From the NCBI GenBank assembly GCA_951406725.2, contig OX597826.1, positions 25,110,001-25,174,000 of the forward strand: DNA of 64,000 nucleotides, read 5' to 3'. Origin of the DNA: Octopus vulgaris (lineage: Eukaryota). Each line of letters opens with the position of its first letter. The first letter of the stretch is position 1. The notes under the pieces were generated by a model. That model searched no databases. It saw nothing but the letters and a program-made list of their open reading frames with translations, and was not told the origin of the DNA. The position numbers and the translations under genes were made by a program. Shown piece by piece: positions 30,978 through 43,746 of the stretch.

Positions 30978-31025
<48 letters not shown>

Positions 31026-31522
31026 CGGAGATGTACTTGCATAGCAAGTGACCTGATCTGGGATCGACTGCAGGAACGAAAACAATTTGCAGCGTGGAAG
31101 GTGTTTATAAGCCATTTAAGAAACACACAAAAACCGTTAGATTCACTTCAACATTTAAATTTAATTTGCCAAAATATTTTCAAGTGCTCAATGCACCTTA
31201 TGCAGTTTATCGATATCCGCTATCTTTCTCCTAGGTCGAAATGACAATACCTTGAAGGTTAAATATATACTCTCTTTCCTGCTCTCTCTCCTCCGCCTCT
31301 CATGTGTATATATATGCGTGTGTGTGAAAACACACACACAAATATAAATACATATATATATACATATATATATTGATAAAACGGTAAGATAACAAAAGAA
31401 AGAAAGAGACCTCAATATTATGTAAATAGAGGAAATTTATCTATACAATAATATGTTACTTTACTCGGTAGTAAAGAGTTTTATCTTGACTACCGAGTAA
31501 AGTAACATATTATTGTATAGAT

Positions 31523-31583
<61 letters not shown>

Positions 31584-31634
31584 CATATTTATATATATGT
31601 ATGCATACATACACACATACACACATATATGTAC

Positions 31635-31685
<51 letters not shown>

Positions 31686-31841
31686 GCATAGCCATAAAAT
31701 ACTTATAGATGTGTATTTGTCCTAATAATTATCTCCTAATTATGTTATTATCTTCTAATTAACAAAATTAGCTAATTCCAATGTTTTCCAAATAGATCAA
31801 AAATTCTCTTTTCAGCATTTATATTCACTATTACAGTTATA

Positions 31842-33094
31842 CGAGGGGCGTTCAATAAGTAATGCCCCTGACCCACTTCCCATAGCAGTAGAGCAACGAC
31901 ACTTGGCACAGTTATTAGTCTTTTCTTACATAGGAACTACCCAGAGTTATGCATTTTTCCCATCGTTTGATACAGCTCTGGAGACCGTTTTTGTAGAAGA
32001 CCCCAGCTTGGTCCTCCAACCACGACGTGACTTCAGAAATCAAGGCTGCATCATCTGGTAAACGCTTTCCTTTCAAAATCAACTTCATGGCTGGGAAGAG
32101 GTGAAAATCAGAGGGTGCAAGGGGAGGAGTTCATAGCTGCACGCCTGTGCTTCTGATCTGGCGACACGCGAGTTGTGGACCGGAGCGTTGTCCTGCAGGA
32201 GGAGGATGCCTTTGCTGATCTTGCCCCGCCTCTTGATTTTGATAGCTTCTCTTAATTTCCTCAAAAGTGAAGCATAATAGGCTCCTGTAATTGTGGTACC
32301 CTTTGCCAGGAAATCTGTCATCACTACTCCGTCCTGGTCCCAGAAGACTGTGAGCATAACCTTGTCAGCGGAGGGCTGCACCCTTGCCTTCTTTGGAGGA
32401 GGTGAGTCACGGTGCTTTTACTGCATTGACTGGGCTTTGGTCTATGGATCATAGTGATGAACCCAGGTTTTATCCTGTGTGATCAGTCTTTTGAAAAATT
32501 TTGACTCATCTTCTTGGCACATCTCCAAATTCATCCTCGAGCACTCAACGCGTTCTTGCTTCTGGAAAGATGTGAGCAACCTGGAAATCCATCTGGCAGA
32601 CACCTTTTGCATATGCAAATGGTCATGAATGATAGTTTCCACAGACCCGGTACTAATCTTGACCTTATGGGCTATTTGGCGAATAGTTATGCGTTGACCT
32701 TCCAAAATGGCAGCCTCAACTTGACGGACAGACGTCTCATCAACGGCAGAAGGGGGGCGACCAGATCTGGGAGCTGTTTCCACAGAGTTCCGACTATGTT
32801 TGAATTCACAATGCCAGCGTTTTACAAGGTCATATGATGGGGCATCATCACCATAAGTTACTTTCATTTCATCAAAAGTCTCCCGTGGTGTGCGTCCTTT
32901 CAAATACAAAAACCAGATCACTGCTCGACACTCAACAGGCTCCATTTCACACTTGACTCAGTTCAAACACCTGTAAATCAGAAACCACAATAAGTTCAGA
33001 GCTGTAATTGGCCACTTAATCTATAGAGGTATAAATAAGTGCACAGCTAGATCAAACAAATGGGTCAGGGGCATTACTTATTGAACGCCCCTCG
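31842..33094 (-). mobile_element. Full-length mariner element (1253 bp, irritans-like) with inactivated transposase
   Basis: Perfect TIRs CGAGGGGCGTTCAATAAGTAATGCCCCTGACCCA with TA flanks. The transposase from 32945 reads WISRLL, ITQDKTWVHHYDP, LLQDNAPVH and LAPSDFHLFP; it has in-frame stops and the HPPYSPD segment is deleted. Confidence 0.95.
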
Positions 33095-33879
33095 TATACA
33101 AACACATACACACATAAACACGTACACGAATAAACATGGATGGAATATTGATCTGTTAGTTTTATTCTCCCTCGAAGCAAAAGCTGTCCTATTAAAAATA
33201 TGTACAGCTCACATGTTGTACCCCCGAGAAAATGATTGAATATACTACGGAATGAATAATTATGGCATTAGTTTGAACACAGAACTAAATGTTGAAGCTT
33301 GCTCTGGAGATAAACAACAATTATAAAAATGAAATAATAAATATATATATTTCGTATTTTCCGGAATACAATTAGGACCCTGTAGACTAAAATTTACAAT
33401 CAGAAAATGTCGGTCAACTTATACAGCGAGACGACTTTGGGAGACCAAATATTCTATGTTAAAAGCAATACGATTAGGAAAGATACTGCTGGTATTTCAA
33501 TGTTTACATTACGTTTCCCCTAGTATACCAAGTTGATTTTATTTTTCAGAAAATACGATAAACAATATTTGTTATATTTAATTTCAAAAATATTCATTCT
33601 ACGCCTTTTACATTAATAGTACATGGGTTGATTTATGTTCGTCTCTTTTTCTTCTCATCTATCTACTATGTTTTACCTCATACAGTCTCATTCACACAAA
33701 TGCATGCGTTTGTGTACCGCAAGGTTGCACACCTTTCTTTATTAATATAATATAGATATGTATATAATATAATATGAATATACGACGGCGGTGCCACAGC
33801 TCGGTCAAAGCCCACCGGCTGGAACCAAAAATCAGTGAAAGGAGTAAAAGAGTCTTTAATATAATATACTCTCTTTCTA

Positions 33880-33909
33880 TCAGGGGCATTACTTATTGAA
33901 CGCCCCTCG
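33880..33909. mobile_element. Orphan mariner TIR identical to the right end of the 31842-33094 element
   Basis: TCAGGGGCATTACTTATTGAACGCCCCTCG followed by TA. Confidence 0.9.
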
Positions 33910-33976
33910 TATATTCTTTCTGTCAAATAAGAATCTTTCTTATTAGTTCGACTCACCACAACCGTCCCGCCATCAT

Positions 33977-34097
<121 letters not shown>

Positions 34098-34729
34098 TGT
34101 ATGTATGTATTATCCAGGGATTTTCCCATATCTCTGATTAATTTATCTGCACTGGTGCCCTTCTATAATTCATTGATGCTGTTGAACTTTCGACTTCAGT
34201 CAGAGAATACTTAATTGCTGAAACACGAAACCAGAAGCCATACTGATTAGACAGCACTGCCTGCATCTTCTGATATCCATCTCCATAAGTCGTGTCTTTT
34301 CATCTATTGATCTAGATTCAAAATTCAGATATTTGCTTGCTATAAGTAAGAAATTACTGCCTCGATTAAAGCGATTCGCTAAAAATATACTAATCTTAAT
34401 ATATACGCCTTCTGGTTTAATTTGATCCGTCATATTTTTTAACCGGTGTATTTCCTCACATAATCTCCCAACTATATTGATCCTGGGGTTTGCTTGGTGC
34501 TAGTAAGAATTTGACTGCCTTGATGAAGATACTTCAATTAAATATTTTAATTTTAATATCTTCTGGTTTTATTGACCTAAGGATTCGCTTTTTTTCTTCC
34601 AAGAATTACTGGAATCATATGCATTTTTAAAAATATATTCTGGATGCTATCAGCTTCTTTCTCATGTTCTTATTTCTGAAATCAGCAACATTGCGATCCG
34701 TGACATTGTTTCACTTTATACTCTCTTCT

Positions 34730-35150
34730 CTCTTTATCTTTTACTTGTTTCAGTCATTTGACTGTGGCCATGCTGGAGCACCGCCTTCAGTCGAGCAAAT
34801 CGACCCCAGGACTTATTCTTTGTAAGCCTAGTACTTATTCTATCGGTCTCTTTTGCCGAACCGCTAAGTTACGGGGACGTAAACACACCATCATCGGTTG
34901 TCAAGCGATGTTGGGAGGACAAACACAGACACACAAACATATACACACACACATGCATATATATTTTTATATATACATATATACGATGGGCCTCTTTCAG
35001 TTTCGGTCAACCATATCCACTCACAAGGCTTTAGTCGGCCTGAGGCTATAGTAGAAGACACTTGCTCAAAGTGCCACGCAGTGGGACTGAACCCGGAACC
35101 ATGTGGTTCGTAACCAAGCAACTTACCACACAGCCACTCCTACGCCTATG
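34730..35150 (-). mobile_element. SINE with CR1-like tail
   Basis: Minus strand reads taggagtggctgtgtggtaag...gttccgggttcagtccc...ggcggtgctccagcatggccacagtcaaatgactgaaacaag. Confidence 0.85.
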
Positions 35151-35228
35151 GGACTGAACCCGGAACCATAATTATCTTAAATTATTGGACAATTATAACC
35201 GAGCAGTTATCTGTTCTGTTCGCCTTAC

Positions 35229-35313
35229 CTCGTCTTGTATGGTTGTCGTACAAGTTAGCAGAGTTAGAGTGGTAACTGCCTTGTTTGTATTGTTGAAAGA
35301 TAGAATCTAGGTA
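35229..35313 (-). CDS. Candidate 85-nt internal exon of the unidentified minus-strand gene (YLDSIFQQYKQGSYHSNSANLYDNHTRR)
   Basis: ccttcttatcttccag|...CGAG|gtaagg; fully open only when entered in phase 0. Confidence 0.5.
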
Positions 35314-35467
35314 CTGGAAGATAAGAAGGTAAACGAATTCATGAGTGATAGAATTGTGAGGGAGTTAAAACGACAGGAGAAACAAGTTCCATTCGCTAGT
35401 TTTTTTTTAGGGTGACATTTTGGCAATTTCGGAAATAATAATAATAACAATAATAATAATAATAATG

Positions 35468-35519
<52 letters not shown>

Positions 35520-35524
<5 letters not shown>

Positions 35525-35840
35525 GCAAAAGGGGCTGATTGCTACCTATCTCAAATGCCAGGAAACCCAAAAAAGGCAGAAATTCAAAAGATAGTGCTCA
35601 TGGGTACTGCCCATATCCTACGTAAAATACTTTCTATGTAATCAAATTTTTTTAAAATAAACATATAATTTTCTTATGGTTTCTTAAACATTCTCTAGAA
35701 CAACACTATGTAAAAAAAAATTTTAAAAATATATGGCACCCTAAGCATAACACCAACATGAACTTCTAATTTGTCTCTTGGGGTCTCTGGGTGAGACTTG
35801 GAGCCAACTTGTACAAATGCAAAGCAAAAGTTAAACATAA
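35520..35840 (+). mobile_element. 3' end of an R4/Dong-type LINE inserted in (AAT)n
   Basis: EIQKIVLMGTAHILRKILS* terminal motif, then a UTR and an (AAT)n tail. Confidence 0.7.
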
Positions 35841-36262
35841 AATAATAATGATAATAATGATAATAATAATAATAATAATAATAACAACAACAACAACAAC
35901 AACAATAATAATAATGGTTTCGAATTTTGGCACAAGGACAACAAGTTCGGTTGTAAGTCGACTGCATTAACTCCGATATTCAACTGGTATTTATTTTATC
36001 GACCCCGAAAGGATTAAGTCAAAGTCAACCTCGGCGGGAGTTGAACTCAATAATGATAATAGTTTCAAATTTTGGTACAAGACCTGTAATTTTAAGGGTT
36101 GGAGTTAAACGATTACATCGACCCCATTACCTCTCCGAAAGGATGAAAGGAGATTTTGGCCTTAGCAGGATTTGCATTTAAAAAATTAAAGAGCCGGAAG
36201 AAATGCCGCTAAGCATTTTGTTCAACGCGATAACGATTCAGCCAACAACAACAACATCAATG

Positions 36263-36344
<82 letters not shown>

Positions 36345-36434
36345 AGTTTTCTTTAAAGTTCTATATTTAAGAGATGAGGAATTATGTACATTATTTACAT
36401 CTGGCGGATATTTGTCCTCATCTTGTTTGTTGTT

Positions 36435-36479
36435 AACACAAGTTTCGGGTGATATACCCTCCAGTCTTCATCAGGTGTC
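36435..36479 (-). ncRNA. Degenerate minimal type I hammerhead ribozyme in a Penelope-type repeat
   Basis: Minus strand: GACAC-CUGAUGA-AGACUG..CACCC-GAAAC-UU-GUGUU. Stem I GACAC/GUGUU; stem II has mismatches; stem III is one nt short of an AACGUU palindrome. Confidence 0.6.
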
Positions 36480-36689
36480 TTGGGGAAATTTCGAAAGAAG
36501 CAGCACATATGTTAGGACACAACAACCTCCTAAGCAGACCGAGTGCAGATATGAATAACATATAGTAACCGGTATTAAGGAAGGATAGGAAAATATTAGA
36601 TTTATATGCCCTAAAATTCACTCCATAATTGCGGGCTACTAACCCCAAGATTCCGAATTCGATTCCAGGCAGTGACCTGAATAATAGTC

Positions 36690-38480
36690 CTCTATAGAAC
36701 TCTATGGTGGAATTTCCTCTGAACTGCACTGCCCAGTTGGTAGAAGGCTGTGAGTACCTGAAATTTCAGATGCCAAGCGTCCTGGCTGGGCCCTCATTTT
36801 ATCTAGGACTGCAGTTCTATCAAAGAGATGAGCTATCGAAATACCCATCGTGCTTTATCATCAAGGAAACGCTGCAAGTGTCTCAATCTCTGTGAACGTC
36901 TAACCAGTGCTTCACACGACGGACAACAAATAGAGTGACTGATCAATGGAAAGCGTCTCCACGAAAATGGGAGAGCAGGCGCTTCGTTCGGTAAGACGTC
37001 AACTGGAGCAAGATACAACAGCCAGGCGATGTAAAATATCAACACTTCTGCCCGGGAGAGGCACATTCAACTTCCAGTAACCAGGGCCCTGCCAATGAAA
37101 TTTATCTAGGTCGACCGTACATATCACAATTTTGGGCTCTATATAGCCAACAATTTTAGAATGTGGATAGCGTATTCTTATCTACTAGTCTACAGAATAT
37201 TATCTAGTTGCATTCTCTCGACCAATTTCTGAGTGAGATTGGTCACCTCAATTTTTTTCCACTCGGAGATCTGAACCAAACCAGACTCCGGGCAAACTAG
37301 CCTCCATCCCCCATTCTGCTGCCAATTGCAGTTGGAGACTGCCAAGATGTCTCTATACAAATCAAGTCCACTAAGTAAAGCTTGTAGGGAAAGACCGTCT
37401 AAACCAGGTGACTTGCGTATCGTGCAACCAGCCTTCTGGACCGCAATCGAGTTTTTACAACACTCTACTTCTCTTGATGAGGGTCTCGGCTTCTCTTAAT
37501 GAGAGTACTACCGTCGAGCTAGGTACTCAAATCCGGCCGAGTAACATGAACTCATTATTGTCAAAGACGAAATTGTGGATTCGTTGCGCATCCACCACTC
37601 GCTCCCATCGAACAGCTTTCCTCCTTTCGTGTCTTAGAGCACGCGCCTTAACTCTGGATACGTAGCTTTCGTGCTTTCCATTGAAGAATTTGTCGAATGC
37701 CAATCTCGTCCAAATTTTTAACTGTCTCCCTGTATTCTAGCTTCCTCTGTCGCTATGACCTTACTAAACCAAATCCATTCTACTCTAATCACTCTTTTCA
37801 AGGCAAACGACCATTGGTTGTTCATGGTTGACACCGTCAACAACCGCTAAATTAATTCGCTAATGAGATCTCTATAAGCTTAGCGCACCGGGAAAGGCAC
37901 GTTCAGCTTCCAGTAACCAGGCCCTGCCAATGAAATCTATTTAGTTCGACCGTACAAATCACAATTTTGTGCTCTATATAGCCAACAATTTTAGAATGTG
38001 GATAGCGTATGCTATTCTTATCTACTAGTCTACAGAATATTATCTAGTTGCATTCGAAGTAACCCGATTCGGCTTGTTCATATCCATACTGACACAATCA
38101 AGGAATCCAGTCGGTACCTGTTGTACAGTTGGAAATGTCTGAAGAGGTTTGTGAGGATTTTACACCACCTAATCCTATCAGCATTCCCCAAGCAATCAAA
38201 AAATGCGTTTAAGATTCGATCCATTCACCCTCTATCATTGAAGAGCAAAACTTTCAGGGGTAAAAAATCTCCAGAGGCCCGAAGCAATATAGTTGTTCTA
38301 CACTGTCAGATAGACTTCTACTAGTCTGAAGATACCCACTTTGCTGCTATCCAGAACCACCAACTTAACTTTTGCGTCCATAAAGATGGTCCATATCGTG
38401 AAATTCAGGCCTTCCCGAAACAACACAGCCACAATTCTGGTCGACTTGGAGATGTGTATACCTCTTATCCACCGAAAATA
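36690..38480 (-). mobile_element. Rearranged L1/Tx1-type LINE relic with an internal ~155-bp duplication (about 37060-37215 and 37897-38056)
   Basis: A (G)PGYWKLNV motif from the end of the L1/Tx1 endonuclease region occurs twice; many stops and frameshifts. Confidence 0.7.
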
Positions 38481-38643
38481 GGAGTGAAGGGTCGTAGTTT
38501 GAAAGTTTGGGTTTCACTGGTGGCTACCACATCTATAAGTAGTGACACGAAGTTGTTGAGCAATTTATTAGCATTTGCACTGACTATTTTAAGTAAGGCT
38601 ATGTTAGATGGAAGAAGGAAAGTGAGAAAAAAAAACTACTTAC

Positions 38644-38946
38644 CTCATTTCTGTGGAGAAACAAGTATCTCGTCCTTCTTGCTGGCTGTGGGTATCTCCA
38701 GAAGTTCTCTATTCAATCTTTTGTTTTTATTCCCCACGATATCTTCTGTTCGATTGGGCATTTATTTATTTTTTTTTATGTGTGTTCTGGTATTTGATTT
38801 TTGTATACTAGAATGTGATGTAGTTATTGTATGTGAAGTGTGATCCATTAGTTTTTTTTATTGCTTGTGTTTATGGTCGTGAAGCAAATGATTTTGCTTT
38901 TCATGTTAGGGTTGGTGTTCTGACTCTGCGTGTGTGTGTAGTGTGT

Positions 38947-38987
<41 letters not shown>

Positions 38988-39150
38988 TTAGTTGTCCTTG
39001 TGCTTGTAATGGTAGTGTATGTGATAGTGATTGTGGAGATGATGGGAATGGTGGTGGTGTTAGTAGCACTGGTGTAGATACTGTTGGAGGTGTTGATACG
39101 TTGTTGTTCCCTATCCTATTTGCTCGTCACATTTGTAAAACGCCTTTCTC
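38644..39150 (-). other. Candidate 507-nt exon of the unidentified minus-strand gene (early stop in all three frames)
   Basis: gattgattacag|GAG...ATGAG|gtaagtag. Confidence 0.45.
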
Positions 39151-39197
39151 CTGTAATCAATCCATAACGAGATATTAAAACCCTATTAGTCACTTAG

Positions 39198-39505
39198 TGG
39201 AGGCACATGGCCTAGTGGTTAGAGCAGCGGACTCGCGGTCGAGGAATCGCGGGTTCGAATCTCAGACCGGGCGATGTGTGTGTTTATGAGCGAAAATGCC
39301 TAAGCTCCAAGCGGCTCCAGCAGAAGGTAATGGCGAACTTCTGCTGACTCTTTCGCCACAACTTTCTCTCATTCTTTCCTCCTGCATCTTGCAGCTCACC
39401 TGCGACGGACCGGCGTCCCGTCCAGGTGGGGAACCTATACGCCAAGGAAACTGGGAAACCGGCCCTAATGAACCAGGCGTCGCTCGAGAAGGAACAAACA
39501 ACAAT
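39198..39505 (+). mobile_element. tRNA-derived SINE
   Basis: A box TGGCCTAGTGG, B box GGTTCGAATC, (AAC)n tail. Confidence 0.85.
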
Positions 39506-40692
39506 TAGTCAGTCACTTTGAGTTAGCTTTTATCCATTTCAGTAAACACACTGAATAGATTTTCAATCTAATTAATGCCCAGAGTTTTCGTTACTGATAC
39601 CAGCTTTTCTTGTAAACTTATCGGCTTACTCAAATTCTGTTTCCATTCCTCCAGCAATCACATCAGTTTAGAGGTATTTTTTCAATGTTTCCAATTCTAA
39701 GATGAACATTATTTTTACGATAGGTCGTTCACAAAACTGCTGTATGATGGCAGAATCGTTAGAATATCTGACAAAATACCATGTGATATTTCTTTCAGCT
39801 CTTTACGTTCCGAGTTCAAATCTCATCGGAGTCAATTCTGCTTTTCATTCTTTAGGAGTCGATAAAATAAAGTATCAATCGACGGTAGCAATTAACCCCA
39901 CCCTTCAAAATTACTGGCTTTCTGCCTAAATTAGAAACCATAATTAATTATAGCACGCTGGTAATGACGCAGATGTTAAACATACAAAGCTAAATATTTT
40001 ATGAGAGCTACTTCAGGACATCACGTTTCTCGGTTCAAATTACACCGAGGATTTTTCTTTTGTTTGTTTTTTTTTACTGTTGTTTCTTCGTGAGATTGGT
40101 CTATAAAATTAGTACCAATGATATTGCGTTTTATTCAAATTTCTTCGCCACAGAAAGAAAGAAAGGTGTATATGTTGCTGTTGAGCCGATACAAGATTTA
40201 ATTTATTATTCATCTGGTAGTTTGGTACAGCAAATTATTCTTGGCAAAAATATTCTATGATTCGTTTTCAGTTCTCACTTGGAACCATTTTACTTATTAC
40301 ACTAATTAATTTGGAAAAGACAGAAATAGCAGCACGAAGACTATTTGTTTATTTATTATTTGTCTGTGTTTTATACTGATTTACCGTGCAATAATTCTAT
40401 CTTTCCGCCTTCTCCTCGTCAAAATAACCAAACACCAAGAATATACACTATTCTTGTTATCATGTCAGTTTCCCTGAGGGCGGTAGACTGACAGAATCGA
40501 TATAGCATCGGATTATATGTCTTGTGGTTATTTGCTCCGGCTCTTTACGTTCAGTGTTCAAATCCTGTTGAGGTCAACTTTGCCTTTCATGCATTCGGAG
40601 TCGATAAATAAAGTACCATTCAAGTTCTGAGATCGATGTTATCGATTAACCATCATCATCATCCTCATTTAACGTCTGTTTTCCATGCTGAC

Positions 40693-41344
40693 GGATCTTT
40701 TCCTTTTGAACGGCACACAATTTCTAGTTAACTAAACACTTTAAAACTTCGTATGCTGGTAGAATGTGTCAAAATAAAACATTTTTTTCTCTTGGCTTTC
40801 TTGAGAAAATTATAATTTGTTTGTTTAACGTAGTTTAATTTTTCGAATTTTAACCAATCCTATGCTCTCTTTTGAGCTAAAATCATTTGCTGCGTCTAAA
40901 ACTGAGACAACATCCTGTAACTAACCCTAAACCTCACCCCTAACCCTAACCCTAACCCTAAATTTCTTTTTTCTTAATTGTTAAATTAATTTAATTGTTA
41001 CGCGTGCAAAAAAAACTAAAGCAATGGAATTAAATTAATTTAACAATTGAGAAAAAAAAATAGGGTTAGGGTTAGGGTTAGAGGAGAGGTTTAGGGTTAG
41101 TTACAGGATGTTGTCTCAGTTTTAGACGCAGCAAATGATTTTAGTTGAATGGAGGTAATCGATTGGTTAAAATTGCCGAAATGCTCGGATTTTCAGACGA
41201 AATATCTTACAAACTATAGAATTTTCTCAATAAAACCAAGAGAAAATGATGTTTTATAAACACATTCTACCAGTATACGAAGTTTAAAAGTGCTTAGTTA
41301 ACTAGAAATTGTGTTGACATCTGCCGTTCAAAAGGAAAAGATCC
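40693..41344. mobile_element. Foldback MITE carrying inverted telomeric repeats, copy 1 (652 bp)
   Basis: TIR GGATCTTTTCCTTTTGAACGGCA; 8-bp TSD ATGCTGAC; (CCCTAA)n at about 40921-40961 and (TTAGGG)n at about 41061-41100. Confidence 0.93.
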
Positions 41345-42710
41345 ATGCTGACATGGGTTGGACGGCTTGACAGGGCTGGCAAGTTCTATTGTTTGTGTTG
41401 GCTTTCCTTTGATAAGCCTTCCCACTACAAGCACAAGACCTGATATTTCTTTGTGGATGGGGAGCTATTCGATTACATTGATCTCAGTATATAACTGGTA
41501 CTTATTTCATCAAAACTGAAAAGATGAAAAGCAAAGTCGACCTTGGCGGAATTTGAACTCAGAACGTAAAGACGGACGAAATGCCGCTAACCATTTTGTC
41601 CACCTTGCTAACGGTTCTGCCAGCTCACCCCACTTTGCTGACCTTAATAATGGTTTCAAATTTTGGCACAAAGCCAACAATTCCAGAGCAGGGGTTAAGT
41701 CGATTACATCGACCTTAGTGATCAACTGGTACTTATTTTATCAACTCCCAAAAGGATGAAAGACAAAGACGACCTCGATGGAACTTGAAGTCAGAACATA
41801 AAGACAGAGGAAAGGCAACTAAGTATTTTGTCCGGGGTGGTAACGGTTCTGTCAGCTCAGCCCATTTATTGTCCTTAATAAGAAATGTGTTTAGTTTAAA
41901 CACGCTAAACTAAACTCAATTATTATTAAGGGCAGCAGGCGATATTTGTGCCGGGTCTGTACGTGCCGAGGTTAACTTTGCCATTCATACTTTTGGAGTC
42001 GATAAAATAAGGTATAACTCAAGCACTGCGGTCAATGGCATCAATTAAACACCACCCAACGAAATTTGCTGGCCTTGTACCTAAATCAAAAATAGCCGTT
42101 GGGGTTTCAGGTTCAATCACATCCTACAGCACCTTGGATGCTTTCAATAGCCCCGGGCCGACCAATGCCTTGTGAGTGCATTTAGTAGATGAAAAATGTG
42201 TGGAAAGACAGCGTATGCGTGCGTCTGATGCATGCTGATGTTTTCCAAATGCATAAATATACAGAGTTACATACACATACACATGCAAATATACACACGC
42301 ACATACAAACACATGAATATGCAGAATACATACATACAAACGTACACACATACATATATATATGTATATGCACACACATACTCATACATGCATACATTCT
42401 TTCATTCATTCATACATACATACATACATACATACATACATACATACATACATACATACATACATACATACACACATGCATACAAACAAACAAAAAGGAC
42501 GCAGCTCGGAAAACGGACAGAATCAACGGCTATCGAAAAGGTTGCAAGACGCAACGAAAATTTTAGTAAAAACAAAGAAGTGAGTGGAAACTGAACCGGT
42601 GCATGTGTTAAATAATAAGGCACAAAAAGAGAATGACTCTCTCTAGACACAACAAAATATGCTTCAACACACGAACTCACATAAGGAATCTTGCAAATCA
42701 AATCCCAAAA

Positions 42711-42744
<34 letters not shown>

Positions 42745-42747
<3 letters not shown>

Positions 42748-43105
42748 AGTGGCTGTGTGGTAAAGTAGCTTTACCACATGGTTCCGGGTTCAGTCCCACT
42801 GCGCGGCACCTTGGGCAAGTGTCTTCTACCATAGCCTCGAAACGGCCAGAACCTTCTGAGTGGATTTAGTAGACGGAAACTGAAAGAAGCCCATCGTATA
42901 TATGTGTATATATCTATATGTGTGTGTGTATGTGTTTGTCCCCGCTACATCCCATGACAACCCCGTAACTTAGCAGTTCGGCAAAAGAGGCCAATAGAAT
43001 AAGTACTAGGCTGACAAAGAATAAGTCCTGGGGTTAATTTTCTCGAGTAAAGGCGATGCTCCAGCGTGGCCGCAGTCAAATGACTGAAACAGGTAAAGGA
43101 ATAAA
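42745..43105 (+). mobile_element. SINE with CR1-like tail
   Basis: Same family as 34730-35150, opposite orientation. Confidence 0.85.
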
Positions 43106-43129
43106 AATATAAGTATAATTAGACAAGTA

Positions 43130-43549
43130 GGATCTTTTCGGTTTGAACGGCAGTTTTTTCTAGCGGTGTCATATGAAATTGTCACCCATAATTATGACCC
43201 TAGAATCGATCTATTGCATTTCAATCTTTTAGGGTTAGGGTTAGGGTTAGGGGTGGGGGAAGGGTATCTTTTTTTTTCTTCACAAACGTAAATAAACCCA
43301 ATCTGTTTCTTAAACGAGGGACACATACGGTACAGAATGCTTTTTTAACTCAATAGACGTCACTGATTGGTTGAAATTGCAGAAATTGAAGAAAAAAAAA
43401 CAATAAATATCTTACAAACTATAGAATTTTCTCAATAAAGCCAAGAGAAAAAGATGTTTTATAAACACATTCTACCAGTATACGAAGTTTAAAATTTTTT
43501 AGTTACCTAGAAATTATGTTGAAAACTGCCGTTCAAACCAAAAAGATCC
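43130..43549. mobile_element. Telomeric-repeat MITE, related subfamily, copy 2 (420 bp)
   Basis: TIR GGATCTTTT(C/T)GGTTTGAACGGCAGTTTT; 8-bp TSD GACAAGTA; four TTAGGG units at about 43229-43252. Confidence 0.92.
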
Positions 43550-43746
43550 GACAAGTAACCAATATGACATATATGGAAGAGTTTACAAGGCATCAGTTAT
43601 AAGATTCATCCACGAATGTTCTTAATGGTTACAATATAATTAATATTGGTATACTCCTAGAAGAGTTAGTAGTTATAAGGAAAATCTCATAGTATTGATA
43701 ATTAATTTATATAATAAGCTGAGGTAGACTATCATGGAGAGCTAAC

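Noticed and set aside
34110-34720. Possible coding exon (ORF 34200-34433)
   Set aside because: No splice signals; it looks like a highly decayed retroelement fragment whose family I cannot assign.
38848-39150. UGA-C readthrough or selenocysteine joining EKGVLQM* to the following 93-codon open frame
   Set aside because: The downstream frame is low-complexity and contains a (CA)n repeat; no SECIS was seen and the entry phase is unknown.
40921-41100. Ancient chromosome-fusion site or true telomere
   Set aside because: The tracts are short, lie inside a TSD-flanked multi-copy element, and run CCCTAA then TTAGGG, the opposite of an end-to-end fusion.
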